Shown here: one piece after another, positions 53,508-64,000 of the stretch
Numbering within the stretch: position 1 is the stretch's first letter
Layout: each line of letters starts with the position of its first letter
Origin: Phyllosticta citribraziliensis
Lineage: Eukaryota
NCBI RefSeq assembly: GCF_038025025.1
Contig: NW_027117347.1
Span: 434,001 to 498,000 of the forward strand
Direction of reading: 5' to 3'
DNA: 64,000 nt
Made by a program: the position numbers and the translations under genes
Notes under the pieces: generated by a model
The model's input: only the letters and a program-made list of their open reading frames with translations
Database searches by the model: none
What the model was told of the DNA's origin: nothing

Positions 53508-53677
53508 GGTGGAGCATGGGGCGGGCCAGGACCGGGACCAGATGAGGTGAAGCCAGGTCGGCTCCGCAGGCGTCTCAGAGCATGCGCCTTGGGGTGGCGA
53601 AGATGGAGATAGAGTTGGGACTTGGGAGCGAGGACGGCCAGATGTCCAGATTTGCGTGAGGGAAAGATGCGGCTCGC

Positions 53678-53693
53678 GGGGGGGGGGGGGGGG
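53678..53693 (+). repeat. G16 homopolymer in the divergent intergenic region
   Basis: 16 consecutive G, followed by (CCCTG)4 at ~53724-53743. Confidence 0.9.
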
Positions 53694-54000
53694 TGACGTT
53701 GACGGGAGGCACGCACGCCAAGCCCCTGCCCTGCCCTGCCCTGTCCCCGGCCATGTCTGACCCTCTCTCAACTGCACTGGACCCGGAGAGATTGACGCCA
53801 ACGTACATGTCGAGTGGCAACTGCTCTGCTGTGAACTGCATCATCACCTCACCATCCAGGCCTGCCGCCTTCTCCCCACCTCACTCCGTCCTCTTCCCGT
53901 TCCTTCGCGCCCTCTTTGCTGAGCCAAACCTCTCACCGACCATGATTTGAACCTCCGAGACCCTTGACTCTTGCTTGCCTGCATGCTCCACCGCGCCGCA

Positions 54001-57000
54001 ATGGACGAAGATGGCCCCTCTGGCGTCAAGGTCGCTCACCACGCGCTCTTGCGCCTTTCTGAACTGCCAGGCTACTCTTGGGATGCCGATGCAGAGCCCT
54101 TCCACAGCGTGAGTCCGACTTGACTGCGCATGCCGACCGCCGCGGCCCTGCTGACCATCCTTGTTTGCCCCCAAGTCCTACGATAACTGGCACTTCTATG
54201 GCACTCAGCGCTCGCCCAAGCCCGCCCTCGGCCTTCCCATGCGCGCCGCGACCGCGCACAGCTCGTCGCCAGCCTTCTTGGAGGCTCGCCCGCCGGTCAG
54301 AAAGCACAAGTCGTCCAATAGCGAGGCGAGCGCAGCGTCCTTCTCGCTGGGGCCTCAAGAGCATGGAAAGCACGTCGTCGCGCGGGTTTCAAGTCATGTG
54401 CTTCGACTGGAGCGGGAGTTTCAGCTAGCGAAAAGCATCGTTGACGAGTGCGACCCTGACTGCCTACACTTTGTCCGGCCAATAGAGCTGGTTCGACTGC
54501 CGTCCCGACAGGGGAGCGAAAGCTTGGTTGCCTCCATCTTCGAGTCTCCCGGCCCAAACTACATGCAGAATCAAGTCGCCCTCTACCAGGCCACGAAGTG
54601 GGACACACCCATGGCGCAAAAGGACGACCGCCAAATGTCGCTGCAGCTCTTTATGCAGTTCGCCATTGGTGCCGCCGAGTCCCTGGAGATACTGCACAAT
54701 GAGAAGAAGCAGGTCCATGGCGAGATTCGTGGCGACGCGTTCCACTTCGACCCGCAAACTGGCCAAGTGCGCATGCTCAACTTTGGATCTGGCGTGCGCT
54801 CCTTTGAAAATGGCCTGACCTCTGCCGGATGGTCTTCGCTCAGCCGCGAGATAGGCGTAGAGCATAAGCTCCAGTTCATTGCGCCGGAGCAAACAGGACG
54901 CCTCCCCGCAGAACCAGACACCAGAACCGACATTTACAGCCTCGGCATCCTATTCTGGGTAAGCACTTCGTCGCTCCACCGATAGATCCGCATCGCTGAC
55001 CCGTGCAGATAATGTTGGTTGCAGAGCCCGCATTCGAAGGAGACAAGCCTCTCGAGGTTATGCAGAGTGTCTTGTCCAGGCGTATTCCTCCCGTGTCCTT
55101 GAAGCGCATGGATATCCCTGAAGCGCTCTCAAACGTCATCGCCAAAATGACGGCAAAAAACATTGAAGAGCGCTACAACTCCGTCTCTGGATTGAAGCAC
55201 GACTTGGTCAAACTCAATTCGATTCTGCTCGAAGGTGATTCGGACGCTTTGCAGAAATTCAAAGTTGCGACAAGAGATGTCTCGAGCTTTTTCAGCCTCC
55301 CCTCGCGTCTCATTGGACGAGACAGAGAGCGCCAAACTATCCTGGACATCATCGACAAGGTCTCTCGAAGTCAACATCCTTCGGTCAAAAAGAGCCTGTA
55401 CAGCTTCAGTTCGCAGTCCGGGTCGTCGATGGGTTCGGCACGATTTGAAAACCTGGGCGCCGACGACATTGTCGACCTGCACTCTGAAAGCGCGAGCTCG
55501 CGAGACTCTGAGCACCGAAATGAGTCTAGAACGCCTCGAAATAATTCAGAGGCATCAATATCCCTAGGTGAACCGACCGACCTTCGGCCCTCCTCAGACA
55601 GCCTTCCGTCATGGAGCACAGACCTCTCCGCTCGCCGAGCTTCTTCTTCTGCTCAGAATGCCCTAGCCGACGATCCCGCAGAACACCTGAGGAACCACCA
55701 TAGGGCTAGGAGGCGAGCGCGTTGCGAAGTGATTGCGATTTCTGGTGCCGGAGGCTACGGCAAGTCCAGCTTGATCCAGTCAGTTCAGGCTGTTGTTCGC
55801 GGGCGAGGGTTTTATTTTGCCACCACAAAGGTAAGCTTTTTTCCAATATTCCTGATCCGTGGAGCATCACGTCATACATGGCAGCGATCTTCAGGCCTAC
55901 GCGAAGAATCCGCCTTAACCTGAGCAACAGTTTGACCAAGCCAAGAGAGCCCCATACGAGCCTGTCCTGCGGCTCATGTCATCTCTCTTTCGACAAATAT
56001 TTTCAGAGGCAAACATTTCTACCGATTTTCACAACGCGGTCCGAGCTCATGTGCAGCCGGTGTGGCACCTTTTGCACAGCTACCTGGATCTGCCCCAGTG
56101 GCTATTAGGGACCATCTCAAAGCCGCTGATTGACGGTGTCCCTCCGCAGCAAAACTACTCGAACTCGACCAACCCAAGCCGCAATGCATCCCGATTGATG
56201 AACACATTTCTTGATGTCTTGAAAGTGCTGGCTAGGCAACAATCTATCTGCTTCTCCGTCGACGACCTCCAGTTTGCTGACGAAGAGAGCCTGGATTTGA
56301 TCCAGTCGATTGTGAATAACAAACTCCCTCTGGTCCTTATTCTGACATATCGAGAGGACGCAAAACTGTCCCCTGGTATTCGGACACTTTTGGGACAGGC
56401 CGCAAGGCAAGTTGGTCAACGTTCTGACAAATACCAGCATAGGTTTGACGCTGTACACAGGATTGAGCTGAAGCCCTTCAGCGAAGCCGACACTGCAACT
56501 TTTGTTGCCGAGACGCTTCACAGAGATCCAGAATACTGTTTGCCTCTTGTCGCAACCATTCACGAGCGCACAGGGGGCAGTCCCTTTTTCGTCAGAGAGA
56601 TGCTCGATTCTGCCCACAGAAAAGGATGCATTTACTATGACTGGAAAGACTCTGCTTGGCACTATGACCTGGACAAGGTCTTTGCCGAGTTCAAGTCGAC
56701 CTCTTATGGTGCCCAGATCAACAACGACTTCCTGGTCAAACGTCTGCAGGAACTCCCAACCCCGACTCGCTACATGCTCCAATGGGCGTCCCTTATTGGA
56801 AGCACGTTTTCATTCTCCCTCGTAAAGCGCTTGATGCACGGAAAAGACTCGACCAGTGCAGCCGGATTGCCATTGACTTCAGGCGATGCCATCAATGCGA
56901 TCGACACTGCGCTATCTGCGTACATTGTCATGGCTGGAGACACCGAGGATCGCTTCCGTTTCTCTCATGATCGCTACATGCAGGCCGCAAAAGCCCTCAT

Positions 57001-60000
57001 CGAGAGAGAAAACTTCGACGAGGCAGAGATGCATTTTGAAATCTGCAAGGTCATGATCGAGGCCAACTACATTGACAACACGACAACGGGATCCAAAACG
57101 CTCTTCACGAAAGCCAGGCACGTGGCCTGTGCTGGGGAACTTATAAGGCAGAGAGTCGAGCATAGAGCTTGTTACCGCTACACGCTCGAGACGGCCGCAG
57201 AAAATGCGTGCGAAGCCGGCGCGCGCCCAACCGGTCTCTTCTATTACACGAGATGCTTCAATCTGCTCCAAGAATTCCCGTGGAATGATGAGTTGGAAGA
57301 TGTCGACTACTCTGAAACGTTGCGCATCTATACCCGTTCAGCAGAATGTTACTGGTACCAAGGTTTCTTTGAGCCAGCTCTTGGGCTTTGTCAAACCATC
57401 TTTCAGAACGCAAAGACCGCAGAAGACAAAGCACCGAGTTGGATTCTCCAATCACGAATCTTTGCCATGCGGGGAGACTCCTTTGCGGCTTACCAAGCTC
57501 TCAAACAGTGTCTGATGGACCTAGGAATCCAGGTCCCTGACATCTCTTGGGAAGAGTGCGACGCCAAGTTTGAAAAGACATGCGCCACTTTGCAGCAGAG
57601 CGACAAGCACGAATTGCTCTCCCGGCCTGTGAGTACAGATCGGACGCTGCTCGCAATCGGTGCGATCCTCATCGAACTGGCGAGCGCCGCGTACTGGACT
57701 GACTCGAAGCTATTCTATCAAATGAGCATGATGATGGTGGACCTCCACCTCAACCGTGGCCACTTTCCTCAAGCGGCGCTTGGCTACATACACGTTGCCA
57801 GTATTGCTGTAGCACGATTCGGAATGACCAAGTTTGGAGTCGACATCGGAGATTTTGCAAAGCAGTTCTTTCAGATGTTTCCAGACGACTCCTTTATCGT
57901 TGGACGCGGCGAGACCCTTCATGTTTGCTTCATCGGTCACTTGCAGACACACATTCGAGATCAATTGCCCGTCCTTGAAAGGGCCATGAACGCTACTGTC
58001 CTCTCCGCCGATAAGATCATGTCTCTACTCAACTTGGGCATTACAGCGTCTTTCAAATTCTGGGCTGGTCAGCCCGCGTCCGAAATCGAGGCCTTTGTGA
58101 ATGAGGCGCCAGCTGAGTTCAAGAACTGGGAAGAAGACCTCCGAGGCGGCGTCCTCCTGATTGCGGCACGACAATACGCACGAGCGCTCCAAGGCGAGAC
58201 GGAAGTGAGAAATGCCAAAAAGGTGCTCTGTGACAACAAGCACAACAGTTCCGACTACTTGGAGTTCATCGAATCTCGATCTTCGAACCCGAAGCGACCC
58301 AAGACAGTTTACCTTGGCGCCATGCTTGCTACGCTCTTTAGGTACGGCCACTTTGAGGAAGCCATCGATCTAGGCGAGAAGCTCCTCCCTATGATGGAAG
58401 GTGTTTGGTGCATGCGCCAGAATTATGCCAATCTCACCTATCTCTCTTTGGCATATTTTGGAGCGATGGACCAGAATCCTCAGCGCCCGGAGAAGGAAGC
58501 CACTTTGCGGCGCATCTCAACTTTTGCGGACAAGATTCGAGTCGCTGCGAGTTTCAACGACACCAACTATCGCATATGGCTAGCGTTGGTTGAAGCTGAA
58601 CACGCGGACTTTTCTGGAGACTCGGCGACAGCGTCAATTCACTACGAGAATGCCTTGGACTGGGCCGAATTGGATTCGTTCTGGCTCGAGCAGGCTCTTG
58701 CCTTTGAGCTCTACGCCGGCAGCTGCCTTAGACGGGGAGCTCGCAGACCCGCGCGCCGACTCCTCAAGGACGCCATCAGATGTTATACCAACATCGGGGC
58801 CATTGGAGTCGCAGACTGGATTAAGGACAAGTATTCGTACGTCCTCCTGGGCGAGACCGTCGTCACGAGCGTAGACGCTTCGTCGCAGACAGAGATTGTT
58901 GACACTGGCAACACTTCGTACAAACTCGGGAAACACGAAGGCCAAACGGACAAAGAGACCTCCGCCGACAGGACTGAGGCATGGCTCTCTCCGGTTCCTG
59001 CGCAAGGCCCGCTGAAGAAAGGTGACACGCTGAGCGACTTGCCTGGTGGCTTTTCGGCCGTTGGCCTGGACGTCATTGACCTAACGGGAATACTCGAGTC
59101 CAGTCAAGTTTTGGCGTCGGAGCTCCAAGTGGACAACCTTTTGGCGAAGATGACGGAGATCATCCTGGAGTCTACTGGCGCCGAATTGGCGGCCATAGTC
59201 ACAGAAGATGAGAAGCGTGGATGGAGCATCGCAGCAACAGGTGGTCCCGATGGAGTCAACAAGTATCCAGAGGGCCAAACTCTTGAAGCAGTAGAGGACC
59301 AAGTCGCCAAGCAGGTCACGCTTTACGTGTTGCGTTTCCGGGAAACGGTGTTTGTCCAGAATCTCCTCGAGGATGAAAGATTCCTCAACGTAACGGACGC
59401 GTACAGAAAACGGAACCCTGATGGAAAGGCTGTCATTGCCATTCCAATCCTGCACGGCGACGATCGCCTCTTGGGCTCAATCTACTGTGAAGGCGCGCCA
59501 AACCAGTTTAGTGAGCGCAACCTTACCGTCCTTCGCCTGCTCGTCAACTCGGTCTCGGTTTCACTCGCCAATGCGCTGCTGTTTAAAAAGGTCCGCGAGA
59601 TTAGCGCCAGCAACGTCGCTATGCTCGAGATGCAAAAGCAATCGCTGGCTCAAGCACGAGCCTCCGAGATCAAGGCCAAGGAAGCCGAGGCCATAGCCAT
59701 CCAAAACATGAAGATGAAGGAGGAAGCGGCAAAGGCCAAATCTCTTTTCCTCGCCAATGTCTCTCACGAACTAAGGACACCTCTCAATGGTGTCATTGGC
59801 ATGAGCGAACTTCTCAAGGGGAGCAATCTGAACTCGGAGCAAGAAGGCTATGCGAACAGTATTCGAGTCTGCGCCGACACATTGCTCTCTGTGATCAATG
59901 ACTTGCTGGACTTCAGCAAGCTCGACGCTGGCAAGATGAAAATGATTCATGTGCCAGTGTCATTGACAGAGACCATAAACGAGGTGGTCCGCGCCCTGTC

Positions 60001-61471
60001 ATTTACTAATCTAGAGCGCGGGCTCGAAACAATTGTACGGCTTGAATTGGATCCAGAGCTCTTTGTACTGGGCGACCCCGTCCGGCTACATCAGATTTGG
60101 ATGAACCTGTTGTCCAATTCGTACAAGGTAAGCGTTGACACGCCCTTCCTGCGCTTTCCCATTCCAGGTGCCACAGGATCCCAACATCTTCCGCCTGCGC
60201 CCTCCAACGTGGCCAGCTGATTATTACCACTGTCATCGTTGTGAGCGTTTGGTGCAAGACGTTCTTCCCCTACCCCCCTTTACATGGCATCATGTATCCA
60301 CGGCACTTTCTCATATACTTCACAGTTCACATCGCAAGGCACAGTCACCGTCGAAGCCAAGACTCTATCCGAAGATTCAGAAAGCATAGATGTCAAATTC
60401 AGCGTGTCAGACACTGGCATTGGAATATCAGAGGCTCAGCAAAAGAAATTGTTCCTGCCTTTCAGCCAGGTTGAAGATGCCAGCAATCGGTCCTACCAGG
60501 GCACCGGTCTTGGTCTCAGCATCGTCAAAGCTCTGATTGAGACCACCATGGGCGGCAAGATTTGGCTCAACAGTGAGCTAGGAAAGGGTACTACGGTATC
60601 ATTCCAACTGCATTTCTTAAAAGTGTCCAAGCAACAAGTTGTAGAAGAGGCAAACAGAGGTCAACCGCAAGCTGAGCCACTGCCGCCGGCTCAGCAGAGA
60701 ACAGAGTTCGGGTCTGATGAAGAAAAGACAGGGGACGCGGTGGAGAGACCAGACAACGTCCACCCTCCTTCTGTCAAGGGCCTTCCCAAGATTCCACGCG
60801 AGCAGATTCGAGTCGCCATCGCCGAGGACAATGCCATCAACCAGCGTATCGCCATCTCCTTTGTTAAGAAACTCGGCTTCAGATGCGAGGCGTTTGGCGA
60901 CGGAAAAAAGACCATCCAGGCCCTCGAGAAGGCTTCAAAGGAAGGAGACCCATTCCACCTGACATTGATGGACGTTCAGATGCCAGTCATGGACGGATAC
61001 GACGCGACCATGGAGATCCGCAAGCATCCCGATCCGATGGTGCGCGAGGTGCTCATCATCGCCATGACGGCCAGTGCCATTAGCGGCGACAAGGAAAAGT
61101 GCCTCGAGGTGGGCATGAACAACTACTTGGCCAAGCCGGTGCGCGCAGCGACGCTGAAGACGTTGCTCGAGTCATACTTGTCGCAGGACCCCAAACAGAT
61201 GCCCAATCTGCAGCAAGAGGCCACGCAGCTTGCGGAAAGTGTCCTCAAGGAAGCGCAGACGCCAGTGACCGAGGAGAACCCCTACGAGTACGAAACGTCG
61301 GACCAGGGCTCAGAACCGACGCCCAAGGCAGACATGGCGAGAGAAGACGCCCTGACAAGAGACGGATTCGGAGGGGAGTGTGATGGAAAGTTGACTCCGA
61401 CGCCTAGTGGAGGACCCAAAAGCAGGTGCGCCGCGGCAAAAGAGTCGCGACAAAAAGGTACGACGCAGTAG
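54001..61471 (+). CDS. Hybrid histidine kinase, group X-like (Chk1/Mak2-type): kinase-like - AAA/P-loop - GAF - HisKA - HATPase - receiver, 5 exons
   Basis: FIAPEQTGR..DTRTDIYSLG, P-loop GAGGYGKS, VDDLQFAD, H-box SHELRTPLNG, N-box NLLSNSYKF, DTGIGI, GTGLGLSI, receiver AEDNAINQ..LMDVQMPVMDG. Introns at ~54109-54175, 54959-55008, 55831-55930 and 60128-60325. Confidence 0.93.
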
Positions 61472-62880
61472 AGAGGGAGAGGAATCAAGGGCTTGTGGAC
61501 CTCTTGTTTCTGTACGTCGCGAGTCCGTTGGAAACAAGTGTTTTTCCATCTGTCACTCCCGGAGAGGCGGGCACTTTGAAAGACTTTGAGTGCTTTTCTT
61601 GCCACTCTGCCTAGAATCGCGCCTATGCATGGCGTGGTGTCGACGAGAGGGGTTTTGCGCTGACGACGGCTAGACGAGGGCAATGAAGGCGCACTCTAGA
61701 CGCGTGTGGAAAGAACTGGTCGACGGGAGGTGTGGGTGAGAAGAGGAAGGATCAGAGGCGACCAAGCATCATGAGGCAAGATACCCCCTGTTGGAACAAT
61801 GGCATCAAAACATGAGATACACATACACGCATATTCTCCTTCCCTCTCTCCCCTCCCTAACTCTTGACGTCTCCCTTACGAATGAAAATAATGATGCATG
61901 GACGGACGGTAAGGATGTTTTGGGTTGGCTGGGGCTGTGCGAATCGTTTGTTCTCCTTACTACTGCATTGGTTTGTTTCTACTTACGAGCCTGTCTGTCT
62001 GTCTGTTTTCCATCTCTATTTCCATCACTGGGTGTGGCCTGCCGGATCGGAATGGGGTGGGGTGGGCAAATGAGCAGGACGGATGATCGGATGGTGGGAT
62101 GGATGATCAGAGGGGTGTATTATGACGAAACCCAGCATTTGTTTTTGTCATTGTCTTATGTAGCGATCTCTCTTCGTCTATCACGCTGTTCCTTTTTTCT
62201 CGTCCACGTTCTCGTCTTTTGTTCTGGTCTTTTGCGTGTTTGGCATTTCCATGAGCGCTGGTCACTGGGATTGGCGTGGATCCGGAAGTGCTCTTCTCTC
62301 TCCTCTTCGCCTTCTTTGATGCAATATATTGACCACTAATTCCTCAATCCCTTTTTCTGTTCGTCCCACCATTTTCCCTTCATCCATTTTGATTCTGTCA
62401 CGCTGTCTGTAGTTGGTGGTCGTAGAGAGCGTCTCTTCGCTATAGCACTAGCTCGTCCAAAGCATAACGGACAAGACCGTCACATCTTCTCCATGCGTCT
62501 CGCTCTGATTCGATTCGAGGTTTATCATCGTCTGCTTCTTCGCCGCGAGCTCTCCTGTCAGAGTCTACGCTAGGCGTGCCGTTGGGCAGGCGTCTTATGA
62601 AATTCTTTCCCCAATCCAACACACACTGACGACAATCTGCTTTGGGCGACGGGACAACGTCATCGGCTATATGTGCATACTCCCTCTCCGTCACGCCTGT
62701 CACGCCCTTCTCTTGTTTGATGCAGGGGTTTGTGGACTGGAATGCCAGAACTCCTTCCCCTCTCCTCCTATATCTCTCCTCCTCTCTTCTCTGATCTCCC
62801 CTCCTCTCCTCTCCAAGTGCCCGCCCATCCGACCGCTCGCCCGGCCACACACATAACACATACATGAGAGCAAGCAAGGG

Positions 62881-62910
62881 CGCCTCGCCTCGCCTCGCCT
62901 CGCCTCGCCT
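62881..62910 (+). repeat. (CGCCT)6 microsatellite
   Basis: Perfect pentanucleotide run. Confidence 0.92.
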
Positions 62911-63708
62911 CAACCTCTCGCACACAAACAGGCAGACAGACGTGTAGTCGCATGAGTGGCTGGCTAGCTACTCCGATGGCACGCTAGCTCCGTGCATTAG
63001 CTATCTACCTACCTACCTACCTAACGACCACTGTAGCCCACTCTACTCCAGTCTAGTCTAGTCCACATCACAACGCCACGCCACCACTTGTCGCGCGGGT
63101 GGCTGGTCCGCTAGCGCGTCTGCGCACGCGCGCGCGGGCGTCGTGGCTTTATTGTTTATTGCGCCAGCGCCTTCTTTTTTTTTTTTGTTTCTTCTCCTTC
63201 TTCTGTACTCCCCCGTCCGTCAGTCTGTGATTGGGTTTGGTCCGGTCTGTGTTGTGTGGCGGCGGCTTTGTCTCAGGTACTTGCCTGCCTGCTTCTCGCT
63301 TCACTTTTCCCCCGTAGCTGCTGCGTGCCTGTGTGCCTTGCTTGATCGGTCGACTCTCGCACAGCAGGACGTATACACACGTGTTTCACAAGATCACGCG
63401 GGGGAAGGCGGGTCGGGTTGTTGGATCGATTGTTGTTCTTGTCGGTGGTTGCTTCCTCGGCTGTCTGTCTGTTTTTTGATGGCCCTGCGTGCATGCCTTA
63501 CTCTCTCTCTACGGACGTATGTATGTGTCAATGAGTAACGTCAAAGGAAGGGCAAGTGGATGGGCGGACACGTGGTTTTGTGCTGCTCCTATTCCTAGAT
63601 GATGTACAGGTCCTTGTGCACTGCAGGCACCTGACGTTGATGCAAGCGACGCCCTCCCGTCTCCAGACGAGCATCCATTCCCATGTGCACACTACGCATA
63701 TGCTGCAC

Positions 63709-63731
63709 CTGCTGCTGCTGCTGCTGCTGCT
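63709..63731 (+). repeat. (CTG)7 microsatellite
   Basis: Perfect trinucleotide run in apparently non-coding sequence. Confidence 0.85.
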
Positions 63732-64000
63732 CCTGCTATGCCAAACAGACGTACGTGGAGGATTCCCACGTCGCATGCCTCTACACACATTTGCTGACGC
63801 ACTGCCGGCTGTTCTGCTTGTTTGATCGCCAAGCGCGAGAAGAGAAAGCAAGTGAGAGAGTGGTGGACGCAAAAAAGTCAGGCCATGAGTCGGCAGCCTT
63901 GGTGCCCGCGAGACGCGGCATGGCGGCGCTGGGCACTCTGAGGAGCGGCTGGAATAGCAAAGCCGCCCAGGGAAGGGTGTGCGGTGTGTGGAGCACCTCC

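Noticed and set aside
60128..60325. Possible nested or recursive intron (internal CCAG/GTGCCA)
   Set aside because: Weak internal donor and no well-placed branch point. A single 198-nt intron already restores the frame.
61791..63996. Short ORFs at the right end
   Set aside because: Low-complexity, microsatellite-rich sequence with no coding bias or motifs; likely UTR or intergenic.
21400..64000. tRNA, rRNA, CRISPR, or stop-codon readthrough with a cryptic peroxisomal signal
   Set aside because: No cloverleaf, rRNA or repeat-spacer pattern was seen by eye. The stop codons I checked lack the TGA-CTA context.

Overview
Filamentous ascomycete (Pezizomycotina-type) genomic DNA in two sharply different parts. 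Bases 1-~21,400 are an AT-rich block of transposon relics with CpA/TpG and CpG almost erased and no surviving ORFs, typical of repeat-induced point mutation (RIP). Its nesting can be resolved by eye. A Ty3/Gypsy chromovirus (element A, ~200-bp LTRs at 1894 and 20812) is interrupted in its RT domain by a second family (B1, minus strand, TSD GATAA). B1 is interrupted at its primer-binding site by an inverted copy of the same family (B2, TSD CCTTA), which creates a ~6.3-kb-arm inverted repeat. The left flank of A looks like the gag end of a third LTR element, and the right flank looks like a LINE 3' end. Bases ~21,500-64,000 are GC-balanced, intron-containing single-copy genes: a CYP52-like P450, GH20 hexosaminidase, GH16 Crh-type transglycosylase, PRO2, GDH2, MAD1, an orphan coiled-coil gene, BFR1, SLD2, an amidase, an ankyrin+DIL protein and a group X-like hybrid histidine kinase. 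The most notable observations are the nested inverted repeat, a 784-bp tract that is identical between its otherwise RIP-diverged arms, CpG surviving at outward-facing LTR edges, and a Tf1-type self-priming PBS. I found no convincing new protein-coding system. All alignments and exon boundaries were read by hand.
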